Shown: in pieces, positions 1-6,479 of the stretch
How the letters are laid out: the number at the start of each line of letters is the position of its first letter
How positions within the stretch are numbered: the stretch's first letter is position 1
From: a virus
Lineage: Duplodnaviria; Caudoviricetes
IMG/VR virus record: IMGVR_UViG_3300044971_001645
Span: 1-45,657 of that record
DNA length: 45,657 nucleotides
Strand: one strand, 5' to 3'
Notes under the pieces: model-generated
Seen by the model: the letters and a program-made list of their open reading frames with translations, nothing else
What the model was told of the DNA's origin: nothing
The model's database searches: none
Translations under genes and position numbers: made by a program

Positions 1-101
1 AAACCGCCGCAAGCCCGAGATGCGTATGCGGATAGATGGATTGTCCTTAGCCGCATCAGCATCGCGAGCATTTTTGCGCTGCCATGCGGAGATGCCTTTA
101 T
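1..101. repeat. Terminal overlap, identical to 45557-45657 (circular assembly)
   Basis: AAACCGCCGCAAGCCC...GATGCCTTTAT (101 nt) is present at both ends, and the polA reading frame continues across the join. Confidence 0.97.
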
Positions 102-1524
102 ATGCAGCGTGGAACTTTTCCCGCACATCCGCCGCCTCAGCAAGATCCATTTGTACTCCGGTTGAAGCGGCATAGTTCCTGAGCCCTTTTGCGCCTGATC
201 CGTAGAGCAATCCGAAGTTAGCCGACTTACTAATTTGCCTTTGTTCCTTTGTAACGTCATCCTCCGCGACCCCATAAATCTGCGTCGCCGTAATCGTATG
301 GAGGTCTTTCCCCTGCTGGAACACCTGAGTCATAAGAGAATCCTTAGCTTCCGCCGCCGCCAACCTCAACTCCATCTGCCCATAGTCCGCCACCACAAAC
401 TTCCATCCTTCTGGCGCCTGAACACAAGCCCTAAACCGCTGATCCCTTGGAATCTGTTGCAAGTTTGGACTCATGCAACTCATCCTTCCGGTGTCAGCCC
501 CCATCTGCATATAGCTGGCACGAATAAATCCATCCTTCCCCAGATTCTTCAACAGTGTTTCAGCCATCTGCCGCTTCTTTTCAACTTTCTTCCAGCGCAG
601 ATAGTCAGCAACAATCCTGTGATCGCCAACGTACTCCTGAAGCGCCATACGACTGGCACTGGGCTTCCCGTTCTTGGCATCAATCGGCGCCTCACCCAAC
701 AACGCGGTGAATTTTTTCAGCAACTGCGCAGGACTATTGAGGTTAAAAACATTCGGGTCTACCTTTTTACCCTTCGGCCCAGGCTTTGTCTGGTACAGCA
801 GTTTGCCATCAATTCCCCGACACAGTTTGTCCCCATCAGGCAAGGCAACATCAAAGTCCTCAATAAACTTTTCGCCTACTTCGTAGTGCTCAATGTCCAA
901 ATCTTCAATGAGCTGTTTTAGATCTTTTTCATTAAACGGCAATCCTGTCCGCCACAACTGCGCCATTGCTGGCAACGCATTGCACTCCAAGTACCAAGCC
1001 GGATGGAGCGCAGCCGTCGCCATCCGCTGCTGGATCTGATCAAACAAATCCAACAACACCAGCACATCCTTCGCCGCATATTCCAGCTGACTTTCGGTCA
1101 ACTCACCCGACCAGTCGCTCTTTTGCTCTTCCTTAGAAATATCCTCGTGCAGGTAACGCTTCACCAAGTGCTGGAGCCCGTGCTTCACATTGGGCATCCC
1201 GTTGGTAAGAATCCGACTAGCCAGCATGGTGCAGAGCACTTTGCCAGCCGGATAAATCTCGTGCTCCTGTAACCAGCCGAGGTCAAATACCGCGTTGTGC
1301 GCCACCCATGTGCGCTCCACGCCGAAAAAATACTCAAGGACAATCCAATCGTTGTCGTCCAAGTCAAAGCAGTCGAGCACCACAGGCGGTTTGCCTGGGG
1401 CACCCAACTGCAAAAGCCGCATCCCGCCCATCTTTGGTTGGAGCTGCGTCGTCTCCGAGTCAAACGCGATCAGCCGTTCATCATCGAGCGTGTGGAGGTG
1501 CTCGATACCGAGAAGAAAGTCCAA
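1..1524 (-). CDS. polA: DNA polymerase family A, N-terminal part (3'-5' exonuclease + polymerase); continues at 45556-45254, about 608 aa in total
   Basis: Manual translation from TTG at 1524 is stop-free: ExoI DSETT, ExoII HNAVFD, ExoIII YAAKD, motif A DYGQMELR, motif B RQISKSANFGLLYG. It is absent from the ORF track because it runs off the window edge. Confidence 0.95.
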   Translation of the reverse strand, partial: MDFLLGIEHLHTLDDERLIAFDSETTQLQPKMGGMRLLQLGAPGKPPVVLDCFDLDDNDWIVLEYFFGVERTWVAHNAVFDLGWLQEHEIYPAGKVLCTMLASRILTNGMPNVKHGLQHLVKRYLHEDISKEEQKSDWSGELTESQLEYAAKDVLVLLDLFDQIQQRMATAALHPAWYLECNALPAMAQLWRTGLPFNEKDLKQLIEDLDIEHYEVGEKFIEDFDVALPDGDKLCRGIDGKLLYQTKPGPKGKKVDPNVFNLNSPAQLLKKFTALLGEAPIDAKNGKPSASRMALQEYVGDHRIVADYLRWKKVEKKRQMAETLLKNLGKDGFIRASYMQMGADTGRMSCMSPNLQQIPRDQRFRACVQAPEGWKFVVADYGQMELRLAAAEAKDSLMTQVFQQGKDLHTITATQIYGVAEDDVTKEQRQISKSANFGLLYGSGAKGLRNYAASTGVQMDLAEAADVREKFHAAYKGISAWQRKNARDADAAKDNPSIRIRISGLRRF

Positions 1525-1549
1525 GCCTGGTAGGGCAACTTGTACCCTA

Positions 1550-1825
1550 CTACTCTAGCAGGCTGTCAACCTCCCGCGCCGAGCACAACACCGCCGCCGC
1601 GAGTGTCCCACCCTCGGGAAGTCCCAGCAAACACCGCTTCCCCCAATGAACGCAGTGCTTGCAAGGCCCCCCATCCTCCTGAGGCTTGTAACTCTGGCGC
1701 AACCGATCCATCCGAATCTCCTCAAGGCCCGCCGGACTGGAGCGATAACACCTCATACACATGACCGGGTTCGTCGTGTGCTTACCGCACTGCTGGCACG
1801 GCCTGCTGTTAATCGTGACTGCCAT
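1550..1825 (-). CDS. Cys-rich putative zinc-binding protein
   Basis: CxxC...CxxC at the N-terminus and CKHCVHW..C.LGLPE at the C-terminus; tightly coupled to neighbouring genes. Confidence 0.7.
   Translation of the reverse strand: MAVTINSRPCQQCGKHTTNPVMCMRCYRSSPAGLEEIRMDRLRQSYKPQEDGGPCKHCVHWGKRCLLGLPEGGTLAAAVLCSAREVDSLLE
1552..1569 (-). promoter_or_regulatory. Putative promoter element upstream of polA (TTGACA-N6-TAGAGT)
   Basis: Seen on the minus strand about 28 nt before the polA TTG; the same architecture occurs at 8958-8976 and 11519-11537. Confidence 0.45.
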
Positions 1826-2295
1826 TACTCAGAAAAAAGAGAACACTCGGTAAAAAATCCAGCCTCGCCAGCCTCAGGAATATCAAAGTCGCACGTGTCC
1901 TTGTGCCAGTGCTTGCACTTGACGCAGCCATTTCCCTGCTGCTGGCGCTGCTTTATACCCCTACGTGGAATTTCAGGGCATAAATCCTTGTACGTCCGCC
2001 CTGTCCGAATGGACGTAATTGTCTGGAGCGGAACATCCATAGCTTTCGCCAAGGTGTGATCAAACCGCCAGTCCTCAAGAATCTTTTTGATTTCTGCAGG
2101 CGTAAACCTACGGCGATTGTTAGGAAAGTCTTTTAACGAAACTTGGATTTCCTTTTTGGTAGTCCGGTCAAAGTACACATTCCATCGATGCCCACAGCAT
2201 TTGCACTGGAACCTGTACGTATGTAGTGCTGGTTTGTGTTTCCATTGATGGATGTTAGTGATTCTTCTGAAAGAGTGCGTGCAATGGTTAGCCAT
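1825..2295 (-). CDS. Zn-ribbon + HTH + Cys-cluster putative DNA-binding protein
   Basis: CKCCGHRW; RFTPAEIKKI...LAKAMDVPLQTITSIRTGRTY (HTH of the type found on HNH nucleases); C-terminal CVKCKHW...CDFDIPE. Confidence 0.75.
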   Translation of the reverse strand: MANHCTHSFRRITNIHQWKHKPALHTYRFQCKCCGHRWNVYFDRTTKKEIQVSLKDFPNNRRRFTPAEIKKILEDWRFDHTLAKAMDVPLQTITSIRTGRTYKDLCPEIPRRGIKQRQQQGNGCVKCKHWHKDTCDFDIPEAGEAGFFTECSLFSE

Positions 2296-2464
2296 TCCAG
2301 TGCCTGATAACTCCTGCGCAAATGAAAATGTTTGTGATCATGTAAGCCGCCAAGATACAAAAACGCACCAGTGCAACCCGATCAGCAATCCGGTCGTGCT
2401 GGTGCGCCTTGTCTCCTAGGGCCTTGGCGATAACTCGCCACCAGTGCCTAAACGAGTTCGCCAT
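2288..2464 (-). CDS. Small membrane protein (WRxxAKALG family)
   Basis: 58 aa with a hydrophobic C-terminal segment (VALVRFCILAAYMITNIFICAGVI); overlaps its neighbours. Confidence 0.7.
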   Translation of the reverse strand: MANSFRHWWRVIAKALGDKAHQHDRIADRVALVRFCILAAYMITNIFICAGVIRHWNG

Positions 2465-2675
2465 CCTCCAGCTCAGATGCAATAGCCAAAAGGCATGTGC
2501 GAATCAGAGCACGATTGTGGTGCTGACGAACCGGTTGCCACCAGCGTGGCTCCGGCTCGTTTGGCCACAGACTGTCGGCTAAAAGCCGGACAGTGCTGGC
2601 CAATCCGCTTTCGACAGTCGGAGCTTCGTCATACGCCATAAGCATGGCGATAGCTAAAGCTTTAGCGCTCGTCAT
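2448..2675 (-). CDS. Hypothetical protein, paralog of 3859-4101
   Basis: Ends IRTCLLAIASELED, compared with IRTQLLAIADELED in 3859-4101. Confidence 0.7.
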   Translation of the reverse strand: MTSAKALAIAMLMAYDEAPTVESGLASTVRLLADSLWPNEPEPRWWQPVRQHHNRALIRTCLLAIASELEDGELV

Positions 2676-2911
2676 TCCCGGTACGCCTCCGTCGCCAAGG
2701 TGTTGATCAACCGCGTCAGATACCAGCGAGCCTTACAAAAATCCTCGTAAGGATCTTTCTTCAGCCACGCCCGACTGACGTATTTGATGACCTGCCAATG
2801 CAGACCACCAACCACAGCATCGGGAGCCGGTTTAACCCATTCCTCAATTACGTCAATAACTTCGACTTTTCCTGACGCATAGTGCGCTGGTGAGTTGACT
2901 GGATCGCTCAT
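2672..2911 (-). CDS. DUF3310 family protein
   Basis: MSDPVNSPAHY...EVIDVI...IKYVSRA..K...EDFCKARWYL signature. Confidence 0.85.
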   Translation of the reverse strand: MSDPVNSPAHYASGKVEVIDVIEEWVKPAPDAVVGGLHWQVIKYVSRAWLKKDPYEDFCKARWYLTRLINTLATEAYRE

Positions 2912-3417
2912 CCTTTGGACCCTTGAACAGCTTTGTCGCCTTGGTACCTCCCAGTGTGGGAGTAGTCCTTGCTGGGCAGCATCGTCATCCGATGGAACAC
3001 GATCTGCGCAATCCGCATCCCAGGCCACAAAGCAACCGGATGCATGGAACGCGCATTTTGCAGTTCCAGCGTCAGCCGTCCGCTATAACCAGGATCTATG
3101 TATCCAGCAAGGAGATGCTCGATACCTTCCCTAGCCCGGCTCGACTTGAGCGCCAGTTGCCCAGCAATACAGTCAGGCAGCTTGAACTCCTCCAGCGTTT
3201 CAGCCAACACGAACTCATGCGGCTGGAGCATGAACGGCTTTTCCTGCGAGTGCCCAGCAATCGAAAAGGGCATCAACTGGGGAGTTGACGGCAACTCCAC
3301 CAGCAAGTTCTCGCCGAGTCTCACATCGAGACTCGCGGGATTCACCAGTTCCTTATCGAAGGGAGTGACAAGCTCTCTTCGTGCCAACGTGAAGATGTCA
3401 ATATCCGCCAGGATCAC
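2908..3417 (-). CDS. dcd: dCTP deaminase (trimeric dUTPase superfamily)
   Basis: NPASLDVRL, KSSRAREG, AGYIDPGYSGRLTLEL, GMRIAQIVF and GRYQG motifs. Confidence 0.93.
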   Translation of the reverse strand: MILADIDIFTLARRELVTPFDKELVNPASLDVRLGENLLVELPSTPQLMPFSIAGHSQEKPFMLQPHEFVLAETLEEFKLPDCIAGQLALKSSRAREGIEHLLAGYIDPGYSGRLTLELQNARSMHPVALWPGMRIAQIVFHRMTMLPSKDYSHTGRYQGDKAVQGSKG

Positions 3418-3815
3418 GCCGCAACCTCAGCGGTCTCCTGCTGGAGCACAACATGCTTCCAGGTCTTATTCCACTTGATGCAGTTGACGGTGGTTGGATG
3501 CACGCCAAACTCTTTGGCGATCTTGCCTACCGATTTTCCACCGGCAGCCAGCTGGCGCTTAATCTCCAGCACTTTGGGCTCAGTCAACACCGCCACCCCA
3601 CGCCGTCCCTTGCGGCTGGACTTACGAGTCTTACTTTGAGACTTCGGCTTGTCGCTGCTGCGAACGATTTTCTCGCCAGCGGGTAGAGCAATGGTCTGCT
3701 TGGGGTTAGTCAGATCCAGCTCAACGTGCTGGCACGTATCAAGAGCAAAACGAGCATCGTCGAGCGCCTTGATGATCTGATCGAACTGGGCTTCCGAAAG
3801 GATGTACATGTTCAT
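3414..3815 (-). CDS. HTH DNA-binding protein
   Basis: C-terminal LTEPKVLEIK...IAKEFGVHPTTVNCIKWNKTWKHV HTH after a basic linker. Start taken at ATG 3815, downstream of a TTGACA element. Confidence 0.8.
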   Translation of the reverse strand: MNMYILSEAQFDQIIKALDDARFALDTCQHVELDLTNPKQTIALPAGEKIVRSSDKPKSQSKTRKSSRKGRRGVAVLTEPKVLEIKRQLAAGGKSVGKIAKEFGVHPTTVNCIKWNKTWKHVVLQQETAEVAA

Positions 3816-3831
3816 TGGATGGAACGGGTGC

Positions 3832-3862
3832 AGTGTAGTAGGCAAGAGCGGGTCTGTGTCAA
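3832..3862 (-). promoter_or_regulatory. Putative sigma70-type promoter (TTGACA...TACTACACT)
   Basis: Perfect -35 hexamer containing the upstream TGA stop; -10 candidates lie at 16-19 nt spacing. Confidence 0.5.
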
Positions 3863-4101
3863 TCCTGTAAATCCTCAAGCTCATCAGCAATAGCGAGGAG
3901 TTGAGTACGTATTTCGTCCCGCCCCCAAGCCTCTGGATCGCTACCTTTAAGCGGTTCATGGGGAACTACCTGGTCCGCGACAGCGCGAAGGGCGGCAGCG
4001 ATGGCACTGAACTGCGGGCCGGGAACACCGTCTTCCACCCAGTCGAACTTGCTGTTGAACGACTCAAAGACTGCTCGGGCGGCGGGTGAAAGTTCACTCA
4101 T
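3859..4101 (-). CDS. Hypothetical protein (AAALRAVADQVVP...LLAIADELE family)
   Basis: 80 aa; start overlaps the upstream stop (ATGAGTGA); paralog at 2448-2675. Confidence 0.75.
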   Translation of the reverse strand: MSELSPAARAVFESFNSKFDWVEDGVPGPQFSAIAAALRAVADQVVPHEPLKGSDPEAWGRDEIRTQLLAIADELEDLQD

Positions 4102-4231
4102 CGGCACCCCAGCGGGCAGCGAGGGTTGCGATCACGCGAGCATCAGGCCCAAGTGGCTGACCACTTGCCTCCTGCATCCACTGCTGCACCAGCTCCAGCG
4201 GGGGATTGATCGGATGGTTGTTGTCAGTCAT
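4094..4231 (-). CDS. Truncated paralog of 4412-4753
   Basis: HPINPPLELVQQW...ARWGAD matches the N-terminal half of 4412-4753; GGAG RBS lies within the upstream repeat. Confidence 0.65.
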   Translation of the reverse strand: MTDNNHPINPPLELVQQWMQEASGQPLGPDARVIATLAARWGADE

Positions 4232-4419
4232 TGAGTTGCTCCAGTGCGCGGCAAGCTGTCGGTGGAATTGGGAGGAGGGGCACTCCACACCGTATGTAAC
4301 TCGTCGCAGGCATTTTTCAGTCTTTGCGTATCAAACCAGTAGTCAAATAATGTCTCATAGGTGTTGGCGTTAACCTCTCGGATTATGAGTGTTTTCTGGC
4401 CTTTGGGGTATTTAGCCAT
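4228..4419 (-). CDS. Hypothetical protein bounded by direct repeats
   Basis: 63 aa; the ATG lies in one repeat copy and the stop in the other. Confidence 0.65.
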   Translation of the reverse strand: MAKYPKGQKTLIIREVNANTYETLFDYWFDTQRLKNACDELHTVWSAPPPNSTDSLPRTGATQ

Positions 4420-4440
4420 CGAGTTGCTCCAGTGCGCGGC
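4229..4440. repeat. Direct repeat pair, 24 bp with 1 mismatch (4229-4252 and 4417-4440)
   Basis: The coding strand reads GCCGCGCACTGGAGCAACTC(A/G)ATG; copies are 188 bp apart. Confidence 0.92.
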
Positions 4441-4753
4441 GGATGATGTTCTCGTGGACGGCATCAAGTCGGTCAGACGCATCGTCTAGAAGAGCCAGCG
4501 CCTGCTCCTTCAAGCTCGGCGGCTTGGGGCGGCGGGCGGCGCGGAGTCTTTCGATCCAGCCAGCATCAAGGAATCTTGCATTGGCGAGCATCCACTTACA
4601 GCACGCCTCCAGCTCCTGATCAGCGCCCCAGCGGGCGGCTTGGGTGGCAATGAAAGTTACAAGTCCTTCGTGTTTAACCTTGGCATCAATCCAAGCTTCG
4701 TTCCATTGATCTACTAATTCTTCTGGTGGAGTAATCGGGTGTTCTTGAGTCAT
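4412..4753 (-). CDS. Hypothetical protein (HPITPP...ARWGADQELEACC...RPKPPSLKEQAL family)
   Basis: 113 aa, GAGG upstream of the ATG, partial paralog downstream. Confidence 0.8.
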   Translation of the reverse strand: MTQEHPITPPEELVDQWNEAWIDAKVKHEGLVTFIATQAARWGADQELEACCKWMLANARFLDAGWIERLRAARRPKPPSLKEQALALLDDASDRLDAVHENIIRRALEQLDG

Positions 4754-4777
4754 TGTTAAACCTCGTAGTGTGTAGAT

Positions 4778-5038
4778 CTATCCGTTTTCGAGTTCCAGCT
4801 TGATCGCAGCTTGGAAATAACCAGCGACTTTTAGCCGGCGGTAAGCCGGCCCAGCCTCCTCGGACTGCTTGTTCTCGATGTTGTCGTACTCATGCCGCGC
4901 CTCCTGGAGCGCAGCCATAGTGTCGACGTTGAGAAGGTGCAGCTCCGAGTCCGAAAGCTCGGAAAGCTTGTCCAAATAGATGGTCCGCCCGTTCAAAAGG
5001 TACGAACGGTAAAACGGCACCATTGAATTTTCAGTCAT
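4778..5038 (-). CDS. Hypothetical protein
   Basis: 86 aa ORF whose start overlaps the upstream stop (TGATG). Confidence 0.75.
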   Translation of the reverse strand: MTENSMVPFYRSYLLNGRTIYLDKLSELSDSELHLLNVDTMAALQEARHEYDNIENKQSEEAGPAYRRLKVAGYFQAAIKLELENG

Positions 5039-5226
5039 CAGCCGAAATAAAGTTTGCGTCGTTCATCGACCCAAGCATCGTAAGCAGCCCGGTCGGAAAA
5101 CATGTGCTTGAACACATCTGGTACTTCCGTGCTGGCAGGCCGAGGCTGCTTGCGCATCTCGTACATGTCGTGCCAGTTGTAGCCGCGTGACTGCCTGTAG
5201 TAGTCCTCGTGTGCGTCGTAGTTCAT
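5038..5226 (-). CDS. Hypothetical protein
   Basis: 62 aa with ATGA coupling. Confidence 0.7.
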   Translation of the reverse strand: MNYDAHEDYYRQSRGYNWHDMYEMRKQPRPASTEVPDVFKHMFSDRAAYDAWVDERRKLYFG

Positions 5227-5513
5227 GCGAAAAAATTGGGATCCTGCTGCCTCAACCGGGTGAGATCCGTGAGTCTCAACTTGAGAATCTCGTGGATGGC
5301 CAGCTTGGCTAAGCGGGTGGAACTGATGGTGTCGCTGGTGGCGAACACGTAAATCATGTGGCGGTAAAGCTGGGTCAGAGTTTTGATCCTGACCCAGTGC
5401 GTATCCCCCGGAATGGGTTCTAAGCCGACTTCCCAGTCGTCGTAGTCGTCGGCGTTACGAAGTTCGCGGGATTCAGTCGTACCAATCAGACGTGTCGATT
5501 GGAGTCCAGTCAT
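5223..5513 (-). CDS. Hypothetical protein (start uncertain)
   Basis: Fills the gap in a coupled operon. Confidence 0.6.
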   Translation of the reverse strand: MTGLQSTRLIGTTESRELRNADDYDDWEVGLEPIPGDTHWVRIKTLTQLYRHMIYVFATSDTISSTRLAKLAIHEILKLRLTDLTRLRQQDPNFFA

Positions 5514-5727
5514 CGACTCGCTCGGTGAGCATGGCCCGGAGTTGAGCATCGGTGGCTGGAATCAAATCTTCATCTGAAAAGTAGAGGGTGCCTCGGCACA
5601 AGGCAGGCCCCCATTCGGGCGGGTCAAGTTCTGTCTGCGGATAGACCAGAACAGCGTCATCAACAACGGCATCGACAACGAGATGGTCGCCTTCAAATCG
5701 CAGCTCCTCAATGTCCAGTACCTTCAC
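5473..5727 (-). CDS. Acidic hypothetical protein
   Basis: 84 aa, GGAGG RBS, GTGA coupling; DPPEWGPALC motif. Confidence 0.75.
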   Translation of the reverse strand: MKVLDIEELRFEGDHLVVDAVVDDAVLVYPQTELDPPEWGPALCRGTLYFSDEDLIPATDAQLRAMLTERVDDWTPIDTSDWYD

Positions 5728-5963
5728 TTGACCTCCTGAGCAGTCTGGGGAATCAGATCACCATCAAGCACCTGATCCCAGGTCATTTTGATGAACTGCT
5801 CCATCTCAACCAAGCGCTGGAGCTGTAGTTCCTCGTAGTTGGTGTTCCAACCGTAGCCCTTGGCTTCATCGACTCGCTGCTGAACGCGGATACGCGCCCA
5901 ACCAAGGGCGAAGTACCACGAGAACAGGCTGGAGCGGTCGAGATTGACGTTGACAATTTCCAT
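5724..5963 (-). CDS. Hypothetical protein
   Basis: 79 aa from ATG 5963; first gene after an intergenic terminator. Confidence 0.7.
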   Translation of the reverse strand: MEIVNVNLDRSSLFSWYFALGWARIRVQQRVDEAKGYGWNTNYEELQLQRLVEMEQFIKMTWDQVLDGDLIPQTAQEVK

Positions 5964-6018
5964 TTGTAATTCAGTAGTAAGTGCGCCCGTCTCTCCGGGC
6001 GTGCCCTTAGCGTTACAC

Positions 6019-6048
6019 AAAAACAGCCCAGCGTCAAGGCCGGGCTGT
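6019..6048 (-). terminator. Rho-independent terminator
   Basis: ACAGCCC..GGGCTGT stem followed by TTTTT on the minus strand, downstream of the 6135 ORF. Confidence 0.65.
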
Positions 6049-6134
6049 CGCATTTCGTTACATTCGCGTTAGGTAGACAGTGACTGCCAGCATCCCCAGC
6101 AGCCACGTCAACCCGAACACGATCACTGGCGGGA

Positions 6135-6479
6135 TCACACTGGTACCCCTAGTTCCTCTGGCTGGTACTGCGTCAGCACGCAGACGTCCGCGCCTTGCTT
6201 GAGGGCCGTGCCAACGACGTAGTGGAACTGATCTTGGGCGTCGTCGGACTCCTCGATCTTGTACTCCTCCACCTCGTAGGCCATGCCCTTGCGATACCAG
6301 GAGACCCGGATCACGGCCATCAGCTCAAACGGAATGTCGCCAACGGTGTACCCCAGGATCGGCTTCCTGGGACGCTTTGGCTGGGGCGGTTCAGGCTTGG
6401 CCACGGGATCTCTCCAAAAAGCCCATGCGACGACGCGCATGAGCCCTAGGAAAAAGTTAGGCGGGGTAAACATGCCCAT
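6135..6479 (-). CDS. Hypothetical protein with hydrophobic N-terminus
   Basis: Coupled to the primase-helicase stop (TGATG); start could be 6479 or 6473. Confidence 0.7.
   Translation of the reverse strand: MGMFTPPNFFLGLMRVVAWAFWRDPVAKPEPPQPKRPRKPILGYTVGDIPFELMAVIRVSWYRKGMAYEVEEYKIEESDDAQDQFHYVVGTALKQGADVCVLTQYQPEELGVPV

Noticed and set aside
235-1533. Plus-strand ORFs of 228, 89 and 78 aa
   Set aside because: Antisense shadows in register with the polA codons.
2672-3417. DNA base-modification system (e.g. Z-genome or hypermodified pyrimidines)
   Set aside because: Only dcd and DUF3310 are present; no purZ, datZ, mazZ, thymidylate synthase homolog, methyltransferase or glycosyltransferase was recognised.
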